From contig JAYWIR010000024.1 in assembly GCA_036172245.1 (NCBI GenBank), positions 1,860,001-1,924,000 on the forward strand: DNA of 64,000 nucleotides. The letters are read 5' to 3'. The notes under the pieces are model-generated. The model was not told the DNA's origin, ran no database searches, and saw nothing but the letters and a program-made list of their open reading frames with translations. Of this stretch, positions 47,926 through 61,623 are shown piece by piece (the first letter of the stretch is position 1; each line of letters starts with the position of its first letter). This DNA is from Raillietiella orientalis (lineage: Eukaryota). The position numbers and the translations under genes were made by a program.

Positions 47926-50900
47926 GGGCGGCGACGAAGGCGGAGGGAACCTCGCGAGCAGAGACAGCCCGCGGAGACCCGACGATGACGTGGTGGCCGA
48001 GCGCCTGCAGGGAAGTCAAGAGATGACAGGAAGAGCGGGAGGGAGGCGGGAGCTCTGGATTCCCTGCTTGTGGCGGGCAAGGCGGAGGAGGGTCTCTCGG
48101 CTTCCTCGTCCCTCGTCGGGAGCGGACGAGACCGCGCCTTTTCTCTACGAAGCGAGGAGGGCGAAAGCGGGGCGACGGACGGTCCTCTCCTCTTGCTCCC
48201 TCCACTACAGCTCCTCGGGGAGGATGAGGTGCGCCCGTTCCCTTGCCTCTCTCGTTCGCCCCAAACGCCACACGAGGGGTGGACGCCCCGAGCGGAAAAG
48301 AGGGCGGGCTAAGAGAGGAACGACGGATGTCGGCTTCTCTGCGGAAGAGGAGCTGCGCGAGAGGAACTTTGCGGAAGACATGCGAGAGGGATGCCCGGGC
48401 GGTCCAGGAGGCGGTGGAGAAGCATTCCGAAGGTGCCCAACGGCAGCAAGACCGAGAGAAGAGGGTGCGCGAGCGCGCAACGCGCCTCGCAAGATGCGCG
48501 TCGCTCCCTCCAAGCAGTCATCAGGCGATCCCGTGGATGCTGTGAAGGATCCGCGTATCGCAGAAAAACAAGAGCAGCAAGCGATCTCCTCCACTACTCT
48601 TTTAAACAAGAAAGGAGTGGGTGCGTTCCCTGGAGCTGTTGCCCTCACAGCCACCATTCGGGAGCCGCGGGGTCGTCCGCTGCACGCACAACCCACCAGT
48701 GCCCTACGGCTTGCACATCCATAGCGGAATCACACAGCGCACCTGACCACGGAGCGCGCTCACCAGATACAATCAAGACACTCACACTGATAATTCTGGT
48801 TCGCCGGAGGGAATGACGGCCCAATCCCAGAAGTCCGCAGAATAGACTCCCATCGTTGATACTTCAAGCATGCATTAATTTACAAGGTGAGAAGCACATA
48901 TCCAAACAACTCATAACACACCAAAGCCTGGGGGCAGGCAGCAGACGTACCGTGAGCGTTGAGAGATATGAGTTGGTTTGATGCATTTCGTTTTATTCAT
49001 ACGCTGTCTTCGCCCGTTTTCCTTAAATCTGTTTGCTCGACTGCTCCAAGAGATTCTCCTCTCCGTTTGCAGTGCGTCCCCGCTCTACACAAATCTTCGA
49101 AGGTTTTCCTTTTCTTTTTTTCAGTCGGCAGCGGCCAAGCGTGCGACACGTTCTCATCATAAAGTGCCGAAGGGCAAGCAGGAGGATGTCTCGGGGAAAA
49201 TGAGGAAAACGAAGGGGGGCCGGACCAGGCAAAACAGATCAGATCGGCCGCCGAGAAGGCAGCGCTGCTGCATCGGGCATATTGATGACCTCCGTAAGGG
49301 ATCTCATCCTCATGGAGCCACGGCTAAGAATCATTCGAACCGCACATGCATAAGTAATCATCATCCTGAGCCGAGACGGCAATTTCCTGTGGAAAGTCCT
49401 CCACAGGAAGCAACCGAAGCGTCCGTAGCAACGGGTAGCACGCAGCGCGGTGCTCCCGGAAGGATGCGCTTCGCCGGGCAGATGAGCGCGCACCGTTGCG
49501 CACGAACCGAGGCGGCAAAGATGGGAAGACTGGTCGCTTCCTGGAGACGGGTCCGGTGCATCCCAGGTGACGTGCGCGTTTCGGGGCCCAGTCGCGGGGA
49601 TCCGTGAGGGTGAGGGAGCTCTAGGTGGCAGGAAAGGGAAGATGGTGTCCGAGATACCTGGCTGCTTCCCGCCCTCTCCTCCTCCCCCTCTCGCGATCGC
49701 AGGAGAAGGACAGGTTACCGGAATCCTCTCCCGCGACGTGCGCATCAGGGTCCGAGGAGGTGGAGAAGTCCGACAGCTTCGACAGACTCCAGCAGGATCG
49801 GCTCCTCCCGTGGCTGGCTGTGCCCCTCAGGGAATCGCTGGAACAAGCAGAGCGGCGGTCGGTCACTGTTTGCTGGTCCGCTGCTTTACATCCCCCCTTC
49901 CCTTTCCCCGAAGCATGAGGAGTGTTGCGAATTCTGTCTGGGAGGGGAAGGTGGTGGAATGGTACTGCCTCCACCAGCTGGAGCAACAACCGTACATTGC
50001 AAGCTCCTTTTTCCTAGTCCTCCCCCCCACCCCAGGACCAGAAACAGAGAAGTGCTGGCCACTCCTCCAATTGAGAGCACCTGGCAGGGGAGAGGGGAGA
50101 CGAATAAGATCTCCGTAATAGGGAACTCTACCCCCTTTTCTCCCTGGCAGGGGAAAGTGGAAACTATCAAAGAGTAGGATGCTCAGAAGAAGACCCCAAC
50201 ACGAGATGCTCTTCTCTCACATGAGACGGGAAGCTTCTCCCCCCTCCCCTCCTTGCATTGTGTCCTATTTGAAGGCATCTGTGAGACTCTTGGGGAGCAC
50301 ATGGATCTTCTGCAAGAGTTAGCGATGTAATCTATCAGGAAAAAAGAAAAACACTCGCGCAACAGTTTTCTTTTCAGAAAGGTCGGTAAATGGGGGTGCA
50401 GTTCCCAGTGATAAACGCCCACCGTCTACATCGGAGGACAGAGGATGCCTGTTCAGGGAACATATGGAACGAATTTGGGATTTGTAGCACGATCATGGTT
50501 GGTGGTATCAGGGGATAGGGGAGGAGGGGGAAATGAAAGGGAATTTTTGCGTCGTAAACCCTGTCAAACCAAACCCGCGCCTCCAGCCATATCAGAGACT
50601 CTCCTTGAGAGTCAGATTTCTCCTTGCTCGCAGCACGTCGAGTCCCCAAGAGGCGGGAAGATCGTCCGCTCGCTTAATGTACTCTCATCCGGCACATCCA
50701 TGCTCGGGACCACTGCGTTCCATAGTATTCTACGAGCACGAGAACCGTCCAAGGGGTTCCAAGCTGTGCAACGTCGACTCCGAAGATGCACATCCAGCCC
50801 CTGCCACAGCTTTGAAAAACGGACGAAGTGCCTGCATTTTCAGTCGAGAGGTGTCCCCTGGCATCTTCCCGGCTGCTGTGGACAACCCCAAGACGCCCGG

Positions 50901-51123
50901 CCGAGGGGCGGAACACGCACACATTCGCGCGCGCGCGCGGCGAATGCCGTCCTCAGCGATCCCCGCCACGAGACAGTTCGCAGTCCTGCCGCCGGATGGC
51001 GCGCGCGTTCCCCCCGACTACGGAGGACCACCTCTACCCCTCTTCCATCGCAAGAGAGACGTATTGAGGAAGCGGCAGGAGGTGGGCTCCACCAGGGTGC
51101 CGAACGAGGAGGCAAGGCAAGTC

Positions 51124-51384
51124 TGGGATCCGGCAAAAGACAAAGAGCAGGTCTTGTCCTGCGATCTCCAGCGATCTCCTCCTGTCTCCAAAGGAATTTG
51201 AGGCGACGGAGGCGGGCCTAGACCTTCCTCTGCACTACACCCTTCACTCAAGGCTATGGTCTCACGAGGGTTTGTCAATCATGACCCGTAGCCTAACCTG
51301 TATGTCTTGGAGCACCCCGTCCTCATCATGGCGCTGAGGGATTCTCTTCAGCTCTCTCCACGTTTTGTCTTTTGCCGGATCCCA
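51124..51384. repeat. 21-bp perfect inverted repeat bounding 261 bp (possible MITE)
   Basis: TGGGATCCGGCAAAAGACAAA (51124-51144) and its reverse complement (51364-51384); no TSD seen. Confidence 0.55.
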
Positions 51385-51780
51385 TGATGCTGGAGATCAG
51401 ACGATCTCTTTGGCTTATGTGATTCCTCTATTTCTTCCCTCTCACCCTGGAACAAGTCCAGTCGCAGCCTGAAACCCGTTCCAGGGATGGACTGACCAAA
51501 GGCCACCGGCTCCTATTTTTCTCCAGTGGTCCTTTCGAACGGGGTAACCGGAGACCTCGATGGCCGTTCCCTCTCGCTCCAGAAGCGACTGCCGAATGAT
51601 GCGATGGAGCAGTTCCTCCCGCATCACGCATCTTTTGCACGCGGGACCGGTGCCGTCACCGGCGGGAGTCGTCGGCGCAAGCGAGAGTCGTCCCTCACTG
51701 ATGAATCCGTCATCTGCTGGAGTCTTGGATTTTCGCCGCAGAGCAGGAAATGCTCCGACGCACTCCCTACGTCACGACAA

Positions 51781-52410
51781 CCCGCGTTGGGGGCCGCGTG
51801 ACTGCGCTCTCCGCGCGTGGCACCGAGCGTTGCGGGTTCGAACCCCAGCGTGGAGGGTCGTCGCCGAGATGCGTCGGAGGGTGCGTCGTGAGCTTAGGGG
51901 GACCCTTAGGGAACCTTATCCTGCTTATCCTCTCCAGAGGGACCCCTCGGAGGGGACCTCCCGCAAGGGAGGCGCTCCTCGTTTCCTTTCCTGAAGAGGA
52001 TTCCGAAAGGACGCTTCCAAATTTCTCTGAAGGACTGTCCCCGAAGGGGTGCGGCACGCTTCTTTGCGCTCTGGAGAGACATTATCAATCCACCAGCTCC
52101 GTGGTGAAAGACGGAGGGTCCTCCCTGGAGGGGAGGGGTTGGCTCCTTTGCACAACCGGAATGGAACCCCAAAGGAAACCAAACTCCTTGATTCTGTTTC
52201 CTGGAAGGACGCGGAGGTCGATTCCAATCCCCCGTCACTCATCGGAGGTATCCGGTTTGAACCGCTACAGGTGCTGCGCGTCTCCAACGCTCTGGAGAGG
52301 CAACCCCCAATGGGGGTATCAACCAGCTCCATGGTACGCGATGGTGGGTCTCTTCCCGAGGGAAACCCCGAAGGAAACCGGTGCTTCCTGATTCCTGGGA
52401 GGACCACATA
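51781..52410. mobile_element. Rearranged SINE copy: plus-strand tRNA head followed by inverted, partly duplicated body
   Basis: Head CCCGCGTTGGGGGCCGCGTG...GCGGGTTCGAACCCC matches 17681; 51930-52280 matches the plus strand of 35580-35890. Confidence 0.7.
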
Positions 52411-55099
52411 GAGTTCCGGACCTCTGCTTTCTTAGAGAAGGCTCCTCAAAGGAGCAACCTTTGGATTTCCTTCCCCAGGGATCTCTCTCACGGCGGATGA
52501 GCAGCAGCACGAGAAAATAGTGCGGGAAAATCTGCCGCTGCAGCAGCAGCAGCAGCTCTAAACTTCCAGATTGTTTCAGCTCGAACTGTTGGCATGGCTC
52601 CGAGTGGGAAGTGGGGGAAGTCCCATTCAACAGTCCTGAGCTGATACTAAAGCCTTCCAGGGAAGATTCATTATTGGGGGGAGAATCACTCAACCGTTAA
52701 GTTGACCACTCGCCAAAGATCCCAGGTCCTTGACAGGAGCCCAAAGATAGGGAGGGAGGGGGGGACCAACCGACGGATCCCTTTGCGAAAAGGAATCACA
52801 AGATTTCTTCCCGGGAGCTCTCCCAGTTGCAAAGGAGGCGAGCCATGGCGTGTTCGCAAAAGTGCGCGGAGGAGCAGCTGGGAGAAGGGAAAAGGAGGAG
52901 AGGGGAAGAGGAAGGTCCTCCCGCGAACCTGCCGCATCCAACGAGGACCCCCCTCCATTTCTGTCCAGACCCGAGATCGTGCTATTCCCTGTTGAAGAGG
53001 AAGGGGGGGGAGGACTCCAGGAATGAACGAGTCCCCGACGCCCGGGAGGCCGCGCCCCGTGCGGACGCGTTTCCTTTCGCACCGCGTTCACGAGCCCCGC
53101 GCATGACGACCCCTGCTCCCGTTTACGGCCGAGGCGTCGAGAACCTTCTCGCTGGTCCCGTCCTCACGCGGGACGTCCAAGAGGGTCCCTGAGCCGTGAT
53201 GCGCGCAACCTCACGGGTCGCGCACCGGAGACTGCATTGCAGATCTCATAGCAGGGCGCAACAGCACGAGGCAAGACGACGTGAACGGATGTGACGTGTA
53301 CTTCACTTGAGATTCTAGCTTCACTCGCTAGAAGATCCAGGATGTGCAGATAATCTTGGAGGTTAAAGCGGAATTCCTGAACATTCTAAACTTCCCTTGG
53401 GGAGAACGCAACGTGTAGCAGACAGTTTATCTGTGGCTTAACTTTTGCATTTCCCGTACCCGTAGCCCAAGGGAATCCCATATCGGGGGAAAAGCATTCT
53501 AATCCCAAATGTTTATTAAATGAAATCGAGGATAAAATGATGATTAAAAATAACATGAACATTGACAAAACATACTTATATATCGTCCCTACTTAATTAA
53601 GCACATTTACAGTTACTCCTGGTATAAAATATGCGCGTGTGTTTGAGAGAGAAGTCAAATCCCCATAGTAGCTGCGAAGCGCCATGCTGGAGCAAACCAA
53701 TCAAAAACCGTGCCATGTGTGTTACCTTCCACAACGTAACGGGAAATAGTCTTGGGATTTCTCGTTGAACACTAATCCTATCATCTCCCTTCGGACAGAT
53801 AGATGACTCATGTAGAAGGTTCGACGTCATCTATGAGAATGCTGGACACCCAGCTCCACAAATCGAACAGGTAACCCTTTTTTTATTTATTCATTCGTTT
53901 TTGATGAATGGTCGGAGATTGCTTGCACAGAGATATCTATTCTATACATTCCGATCAGCAACCTTGAAAAATTCTACCCTTTGGGCCTTGATGACCGCAT
54001 TCGGTTCAAGGAGTACCTCAGAAAGAAAATTTGAAGGTAAGTACGAGAAGCTTATGGTATTTGCAGAAAGGCAACTGCCATCGGCTTAAAGGCAAGGAAG
54101 ACTGATGTGGAAATGCATCATAAGGTGTAGAAATCCACGTCCAACCGAAGCGAAGTTACAGAAGACCGAAAGACGAATACAGTACGTCTTCAGTACAGTT
54201 CAAAAGTGAAGCTAGAAAAGCTGTTCCTTGGCTCCTTTATCACTCCTCCCGAAGGAGAATGAGAAGGGCATCAAGAAGGGCTTTGTCTTGTTTTTGACTT
54301 GTCTGTGTACATTGGGAAATCAGCTGGACTTGGGTTGTCACCCCAACAACCAGAGACCCAGTGGCAACCCTGCCTACTGGGTGACCGCCGTGACCAACCA
54401 CCTTAAAAAAAAGTGCGTTTGCCGTCAACAAATGATTCGACTCTCGCAAAGAGGAAAGTGGCTTCATCATGCAGAGAAACAGAACGGTACGTATGAAGCA
54501 TTCCACATGGACTTCGAGCTAAAACTGAATAGCACGTAGGAAGGTATGCATACCTTTCCATCGTACGCAGCTAGAGGGAACACCGCAGTGCACCATGCTC
54601 TCGATACATGGAGGAGACCAGTGAGGGTGAGAGCTGGCTGTGGCAACGATATGCAAAATCACTCTGGATCGAAAGTGCAACACCTCGGACTAGACATCCC
54701 AAGAAAACCTCAGGAGGGCACTCACGAAGTGCAAGATTCATCTAGCTCATTGAGAAGGCTGATGAGCCGGAAAAGGATGAAGCCAGAGGGTTCCTCCCGC
54801 TGCCGTGCAAACGCAGGAATCCCTTTCGCCGCAGGTAGTTCCATATCTACTGGAACAAAAGCAAGTGCAGTGGAAAGATGAGCAGATGCATCGTCGATGG
54901 ACCGTGATGCATAGAACGATTTGTTCATCGCCGACCAAGCGGTTCGCCGTGGTCCATCCACGAATCTGCAGTCTGCCTGCTCAGAAAAAAAGCATGGAGA
55001 ATCGGAATTCTGGACGGAAGACGCTTCATCTTCCACGACGATTACCCCATCAAGTCCATTTGTGGTTGGAAACGGACTTCGGACTTTGTTCCTGCAAGG

Positions 55100-55100
<1 letters not shown>

Positions 55101-55176
<76 letters not shown>
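55101..55176. repeat. (TG)38 microsatellite
   Basis: Perfect dinucleotide run. Confidence 0.98.
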
Positions 55177-55177
<1 letters not shown>

Positions 55178-56289
55178 TACTCAACTTGAATGCTTGCATT
55201 GAACACCGGCACCCCCTGTTTGCAATTAGAACTACAATTTCGTACCCATATACTCGTACGTACCACAAACTACTCACACACTCGCAAACGAGCAAAGTGG
55301 AAGATCGTGTTGCACTTGAAACATATCGGCGCAGTTACTTCACTCGCGAATCGACTGGAACTGCGGGAAGAGGCTGTGATAACGACGTGAGAAAGACGTT
55401 GGGGAAAGGCGGACCCTAAAACAAAGTCCAGCCCGACGACGCTTCCAGGTGTCCCACATTTCCGGCTCCACGAAGAAATCGGATTAAAATTGAGCGAAAA
55501 CAAGGGCTCAGCTCAGGAATCATAACGTCTACTGGGAACCCCTTGGAAGAACTGTGCGAGCCGCTTCCTGGAAACAGCGTCGCCGGCGAAGCAAAAACAC
55601 TGGGCGTGGTTCCCCGTAAAATGGCAGGGAACTCGGAAGAGGTCGGATCGCTGGTGCGTAGTGCGAGTGGGTGGGTGGGGTGAAAGGGAAGGAAAGCACT
55701 GGAAACTCGAGGTGCAAAAAGAGCTCGGTTAACCAAAGGGCAGAAAGCAAGGCAGGAGAAGAGTCAAGCCGATACTTGTGGGCGCATTTTTCTCGACAGC
55801 TTCGCCCACGTTATCCCGATCCCGAGCTGCAATGCTCCTGAAACATTTTGAGCCACGCTGAAGGTCGCTCGAGAACTGGGAGGACGTCCGCAAAGAATGG
55901 TAACTGCCATTTCTTTTATACAGGAACCACTCCCTGAAAGAAGCTGTCGTGTTTGCTGAGGAAAGACTTGTGCCATCAGGAGAAAATTTAGAAGAAAAAA
56001 AAAACGAGCAACTAATTCTCACCAGTGAACGCCACTCTCTACATCCGATGCATTTCGTTCCCAAATGCTGGTTGAACACAGGGAATCTAAAAAAAGAAAG
56101 AAGCATTGACATTCTGTCTTTCCATGCTAAACGATAAAAGCGCCGTCTGACAGACGATTTGTCGCCAGCTGTACGGTGCGGCTTTTCGGGTCTTCCCTCG
56201 TTTTGTTATGGGGTTTCGCCAAGTGCTGAAGAACCGTTTGCCTAAGGGGCTCGCGAAGCTCTTTAACGCTGTTCCTCGACACCCGGGGG

Positions 56290-56893
56290 TGAGTGTTGAC
56301 TCTTCGAGATAGGAGGTACCACCTTCGAGAAGGAGGGGACCACCCTAGGAGTCCAGGAAGACTCCGGAGGAAGGAGTCCGTTCCCCTTAAGCTCGGTAGG
56401 CAACTCTGCAGGGAAATCTCTTCCTTGTTCTCTCCGGAGGAACCCCCGAAAAGGATCCGCCCCCTGGTTCCTCCTCTGAAGAGAATCCCGAAGGGACGTT
56501 CCCCGTTTTCTCTGAAGGACGCTCCCTAAGAGAGCAGCGTGCTTTCTTGATACTCTGGAGAGGTATCAACCAACCAGCTCCAAGGTACTCGATGGAGGGT
56601 CCTCTCCGAGGGGGAAGGGATGGCTTCATTTTCACAACCCGAGAAAAAAACCCTAGGGGCTCCTTGATTCCTTGCAGGACCCCAGAGGGTCAACTTCCAA
56701 TCCCGACGGCCAGTCAGCGGGGCATCCGGCTTCCCCAGTGCCTCACCCGAACAGGCCGACCAGCGTCATCGTGAGGCAAGGACTCGAAACCCATTTCTTG
56801 GTGTCGGTGCTTCCCCGGGTGGGATTCGAACCCGCGACGCCTGGTACCACGCGAAGCTGGAAGCACCGCAGCCACGCGGCCGCCAACGTGGGC
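56290..56893 (-). mobile_element. Copy of the tRNA-derived SINE family
   Basis: Head GCCCACGTTGGCGGCCGCGTGG...CGCGGGTTCGAATCCC with canonical B box; body similar to the other copies. Confidence 0.8.
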
Positions 56894-59800
56894 AAAAACG
56901 TACTTGCAAAAAACTGCACTCAACGTAAGAAGTCTTTCCTTTGTGTCGGATCCAGGGGCTTTTGAAATTAAAAGGTGAACTCGTGCTTCTTCTTAAAAGC
57001 GTGGCGCGATCGGTTCGCCCTGGCTCTGAAACACGAGGAATCGGAGGAAGAACTCGGTCAGCCTGCGCACACTAAACCAGGGTCATCACCGTTAGCAGCT
57101 AAGAGTAAGAAGAGTTATAACACGTTCACGCCGGGGCCGCAACTCATAGCATCACCGCAGGGCGGCCTCAGTTATTTACGATTCCCTTCAGCGGACGGGG
57201 CCGATTTGCATAAAATCACATGATGTTGCCTGGCTCACCTGTTTATCCTTCCTTCTGAATATAAGATGGCCAAAACAAAAACATGCATTCTCTCATTTCC
57301 TCCAAGGTCTCGGCTCAGCAGCTCTCCTCATTTGTTTTTGTTTTTTTTTTAATTTTAAGATACTTTCATTTTATATGTATGTATACATATATTAATTCTC
57401 ATGTATGTTAAAAATAATTCTTTAAATTCAAGCAACTATCTAGTTTTTTGTTCATTTATAGACTTTTTATAGATTTTATTTAAAAAAAGGCAGGTAAAAG
57501 TGATTCGATCTGTTTGTACCACCGTTGGGACATCCCGCACGATGAGATACCATTGGTGTACCACCAGTGGTGCATCCCGGCGTGGAACTGTTGAAAAAAA
57601 ACTCTTACTACAAATATTTACTGTTGATCCGAATGCACGGTAACGGCCTTTGTGTGTGGAGCTCATCAGATTTAAACGTTCTGCGTGGACGGCACGCGAG
57701 TCGCAGTGGCGATCCCCGTGGACGGAACGCTTTTTCGCGTTGTTCCGCGTACTCTATCAGAGGTACCAATCGACTTTATAAAGTGCTGATTAACGTTACT
57801 ATGACAATTGTTTACTTACACCACATCAGATAAACTATTTTCCTTTTTCCCAAACATATGTTATTTATTTAAAAAGTATAATTATAATTCCAATGAAATC
57901 AATGATTAATTTTGGTTTGGTACACCTCAATACCAACTTATATCCCACGCCAGAAAAAACGAGTCATTAGCCGATATAAATAGAATTTTGTTTGCTGTCG
58001 TTGCTAAGGGAATTATAAGAACGTAAGTGTGTGTGTCCATCTCAAACACGGATAGTGTTGACTTGTGTCGCGAGTACAAGGTAAAAACATTTGCCAGACG
58101 CAAATTTAGAGTGTTCATAGAGCACTCTGATAGTTTTCGTCGGACGCATAGATGCGTCCATAGCACTCGAAGGGTTAACATCAACTTCAGGAGATCCCTG
58201 GCACGCGTATAACGCGACCCCTCAAAGAAAATGGCGTCCTCGTATGATGCGGTCAATCAGCCCCGTGAGATGCCGTGGATAAATTCCAATTCTGTGGCAC
58301 AGTGTCAGCCCGGCTGTTTTTGAAAAGGACACGGGCACGTGATTTAAGTGGGTTGACTTTCGTTACCTTCAAATTTTCGTGATTGAAACAGCGCGTTTCT
58401 CGGCAACGAGAATGGCAGAGCGGAAACCATGGAAGCGACGAAACGGATGTAGCATGAATATGATTCTAAAGAACATTCTTTTTTTTTTTTTTACTTTGAG
58501 TAAGGTGACACAAATAGGTACTTTTAATTTTTCTGCTTTCGAGTGGAATACGTACATCCTCGTAGTGTACCTTTTGTCAATTCCATCACATTATCCATGC
58601 CTAACCGATGGGGCTCGTATAACGCGCGCAACGCATCTTCCGCGCTATACGGTGGTCTACCGTAGTGGACGTGTGTCCGGTGGAATGGAAGTTCGATGGA
58701 AGTTTCGTCCAGAAAATCTTCAGTGCCACTCTACGGCTCCTAATTAGGTTCGAAATGGCAAACTGCCACCACCGTGACTAGCTGAATGCTGCTTTTCGTT
58801 TCGGTTTTTTTTTTCTTCTTCTTCCCTCGCTCGTCCATAACGAGGTGATGATCTTGGCCGAGAGAACTTCGTTCCATGTGGACCCCAGCTGGATCCAGAT
58901 ACGATCGTGCGCATCTTCCGTGTCTCAAAATGCGCACACAGCGTGTATGTTGGTGAGCTGCCGGCTTTGGAGGTGTCTCTTCGAGACTCTCGCAGGTTCG
59001 CAGCTACGCAACGAGTCCGAAGTTTCGTTTTGCAGCATCCATCAGCTTCCTGGGAGGGCTGGTTTATCTGGTACTTTAGTCCGAAATTTCCATAAATCAT
59101 GGCGGGACATGTCCGGAGATAGCCTGTGGTCGCCGTTAGAGTACCGTATGCCGCCGCAGGTCATTTGCATATGAGCTGAAATGGCGAACAAAATAGAATG
59201 TAGATGCCGTTTTTGCTCAGGCAGTGGGAAAGTGACGGATGAATGCTCTCAAAGTCTTGAGCTTTGATTTTCTTCTTTGTTCTTTCAGAACAGCTCACAT
59301 GATGCGGCAGCATCCCGAAAGCACATCTGCGATAAAAGGAGGGGGGCGACGCAAAAAAAAAAAAAAAAAATCTCCAGTTTTGGAGGTTTTGTACTTTTCG
59401 CTGCATCTGAACATCTGTTCGCGACGCCTTTGATAAAGGTGGACGGTCGCCGAAGAAGTTGCGCAAAAATTGGAACACAAAACCCCCTGAACGGCGACCA
59501 CAAAAAACTTCTTCGCGACTCTTTGCACGCAGCGAAAAGGAAAGCTTCAAGAAGTGAATTACCTGGAGTGTTCAAGAATTCCCGCTCCGAAGAATCCAGG
59601 TATTTGATTTTCTCGGGATGCCGTTTCCCCGGAATTTCCATAAGGTTCGTGGTGCTGCTCACCTTCGCCCTTCTTGAAGGTTGAAAAATCATCACTCGAT
59701 AAGGCGCAAAGTGCTCTTCAAAGTGTTCATCCGATTGAACTGGTAGCGATAAACCGAACACCAGAAACACCCATAGCAATTTGGGGGGAACGGTAACCAA

Positions 59801-61623
59801 AGGCTCTTTTCTTTTTTTGCTTCCTGCGCGCAAGATTGCGATTCCTTAACGATCCCCCAGATCGAAATCTTTTGGAAGATACTTCGTCCTTCTAGTCACG
59901 CACTTGGTGAAACACTCCTGTATACACGGGGCCTCTTGTGTACGGACTCGTGCGATCCGGTGAAAGACAAAAGGGGATCCAGCGTACTGGCTGTGTGAGA
60001 AAATTAGAATGAGAAGGAAACTGTTCCCCGTTCCTCACAAGGAGCAGTCACGATCTTGCTGGTGTTGATGACTCGCACCCGGACGCGGTTAGCTGGAGTG
60101 GGGTCATCGTCTGCACTGTAAAAAAAAAAAAAAAAAAAAGAGAAAAAAATAGGATTGTAGGCCGCGTCGCTCGTGGGTGATCGCATATTCCTGGGAGCTG
60201 CTGTGTGTTCCTGCTTCCCAAACAGCAGAATACGGGACCAGCGATTCTGTAAACACAGGAGATGATGATTCGGCGAATCCATGTGGATTCTGCAAGAGCG
60301 AGAGACGTGTGTTTTTGTGTGTGCTGAGGATCCCTAGCTCGCATGACTTTGATCGCTAAGCGGTAGGCAACGATTGAAAGAACTTTCCTAGCTTCAGCAG
60401 GACAGAACGAACTTAAGAAAACGATGTGCATCTTCCTTCTTTTTTTTTTTTTTATTGCAATACGGGAAGATACGTATATCCTCCCACTACGCTGTAGCTC
60501 CAGGGAAGCGCTTAAAAGTATTTCCTGTCCTTCAAGGAATTGCCATTCGATTCATTTACATAACAAGTGCATCGGAGCCTTCGGAGAAACGTGGTCCATC
60601 TTTTATTGATTGATGTATTTCTAGCCTTTTAGATTTTTGCGTCCATAAATTTCCTTTACAGTCGCCAGCCAATGTGGTGGCGAAGAGCACTGGCACCCCT
60701 GCACCAACGAACGGCGTGCGTTTCGTTCGATGCGAGTTTCCCGCTTTCTTTTCTTTTTTTTTTCGGGGTCTCTCGTCCAATCATCGACATGCCTGTTGGA
60801 AATCGCAAGTTCCTATTGGTGAATCTGTGACGGAGCGGATACAAACAATCCTTCCTTCCTCAGCAATCATTGTTGGCTCTGCGGTCGCACCGGTCCTGCC
60901 GCCGTGAGGGAGGACTCACCGTACATAACACAGAGCTTATCTTCGTACATATGAGAATGCAGATGACGAACAGTGTTGCAAGAATTAAAGGATGGACGCG
61001 CATCCCATGCATAGCTGGAAAGATTCGTGCGCAGGTGCTCGCGCGTTCTTTGGGGTCCGAGATCGGCACTTCCCATCCGGCCTCCCCCATGGGGAGGGAC
61101 CCTCCTCGTTGCCGCAAATCGTTCTGCGTACGAAAAACTTTCGCCGGCAGTTCCAAGCTAATGGCCGTTTGAGAGTGAAATGAGACCGCAAAATCGGGAC
61201 GAACACATCAGGATGGCGAGAGACACGTTTCCCCTACTGGCGCTCCCCTCAGCTTGCTGCGTCGCCGCTGCCTCTTCGGGCTCCGGCGATCTAGTGCACC
61301 ATCGATCAAACCGTGCTCGATTTCATCGAACCAGCGTTTCATCCCTGTCAGATTCCTGTAAGCACACAACCAGAACGGGAGCGCCTGAAGTACCGAAGGG
61401 AACAAAGCAGTCCTTCAAACACGGCTTCCTTCCTCGGGCGCAGCAACCCTTGTTCGACTCTGCTGTCTCATCGATCTTCCCGCAGTGCGGACGGGGGAGA
61501 GAGGGGGATGTATACCGTGCGCGCACCAGCTCTCATTTTCGTACACGTCAGCAATGTAGATTAGGGCGGGTGCCGCCGCATGAATGAAGAGGATGCACGC
61601 AGTTCGCAGGCTGACATTTTATT

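Noticed and set aside
47049..48724. Long plus-strand ORFs (270 and 345 aa) and similar long ORFs at 5161-7445
   Set aside because: GC-rich antisense shadows with Arg/Pro/Gly bias and no domain motifs.
50925..50940. Short (CG)n run, potential Z-DNA
   Set aside because: Too short to imply function.
56810..56893. tRNA gene
   Set aside because: B box is present but I could not form a cloverleaf, and it is attached to a repeated body; it is a SINE head (same for 17681 and 51781).
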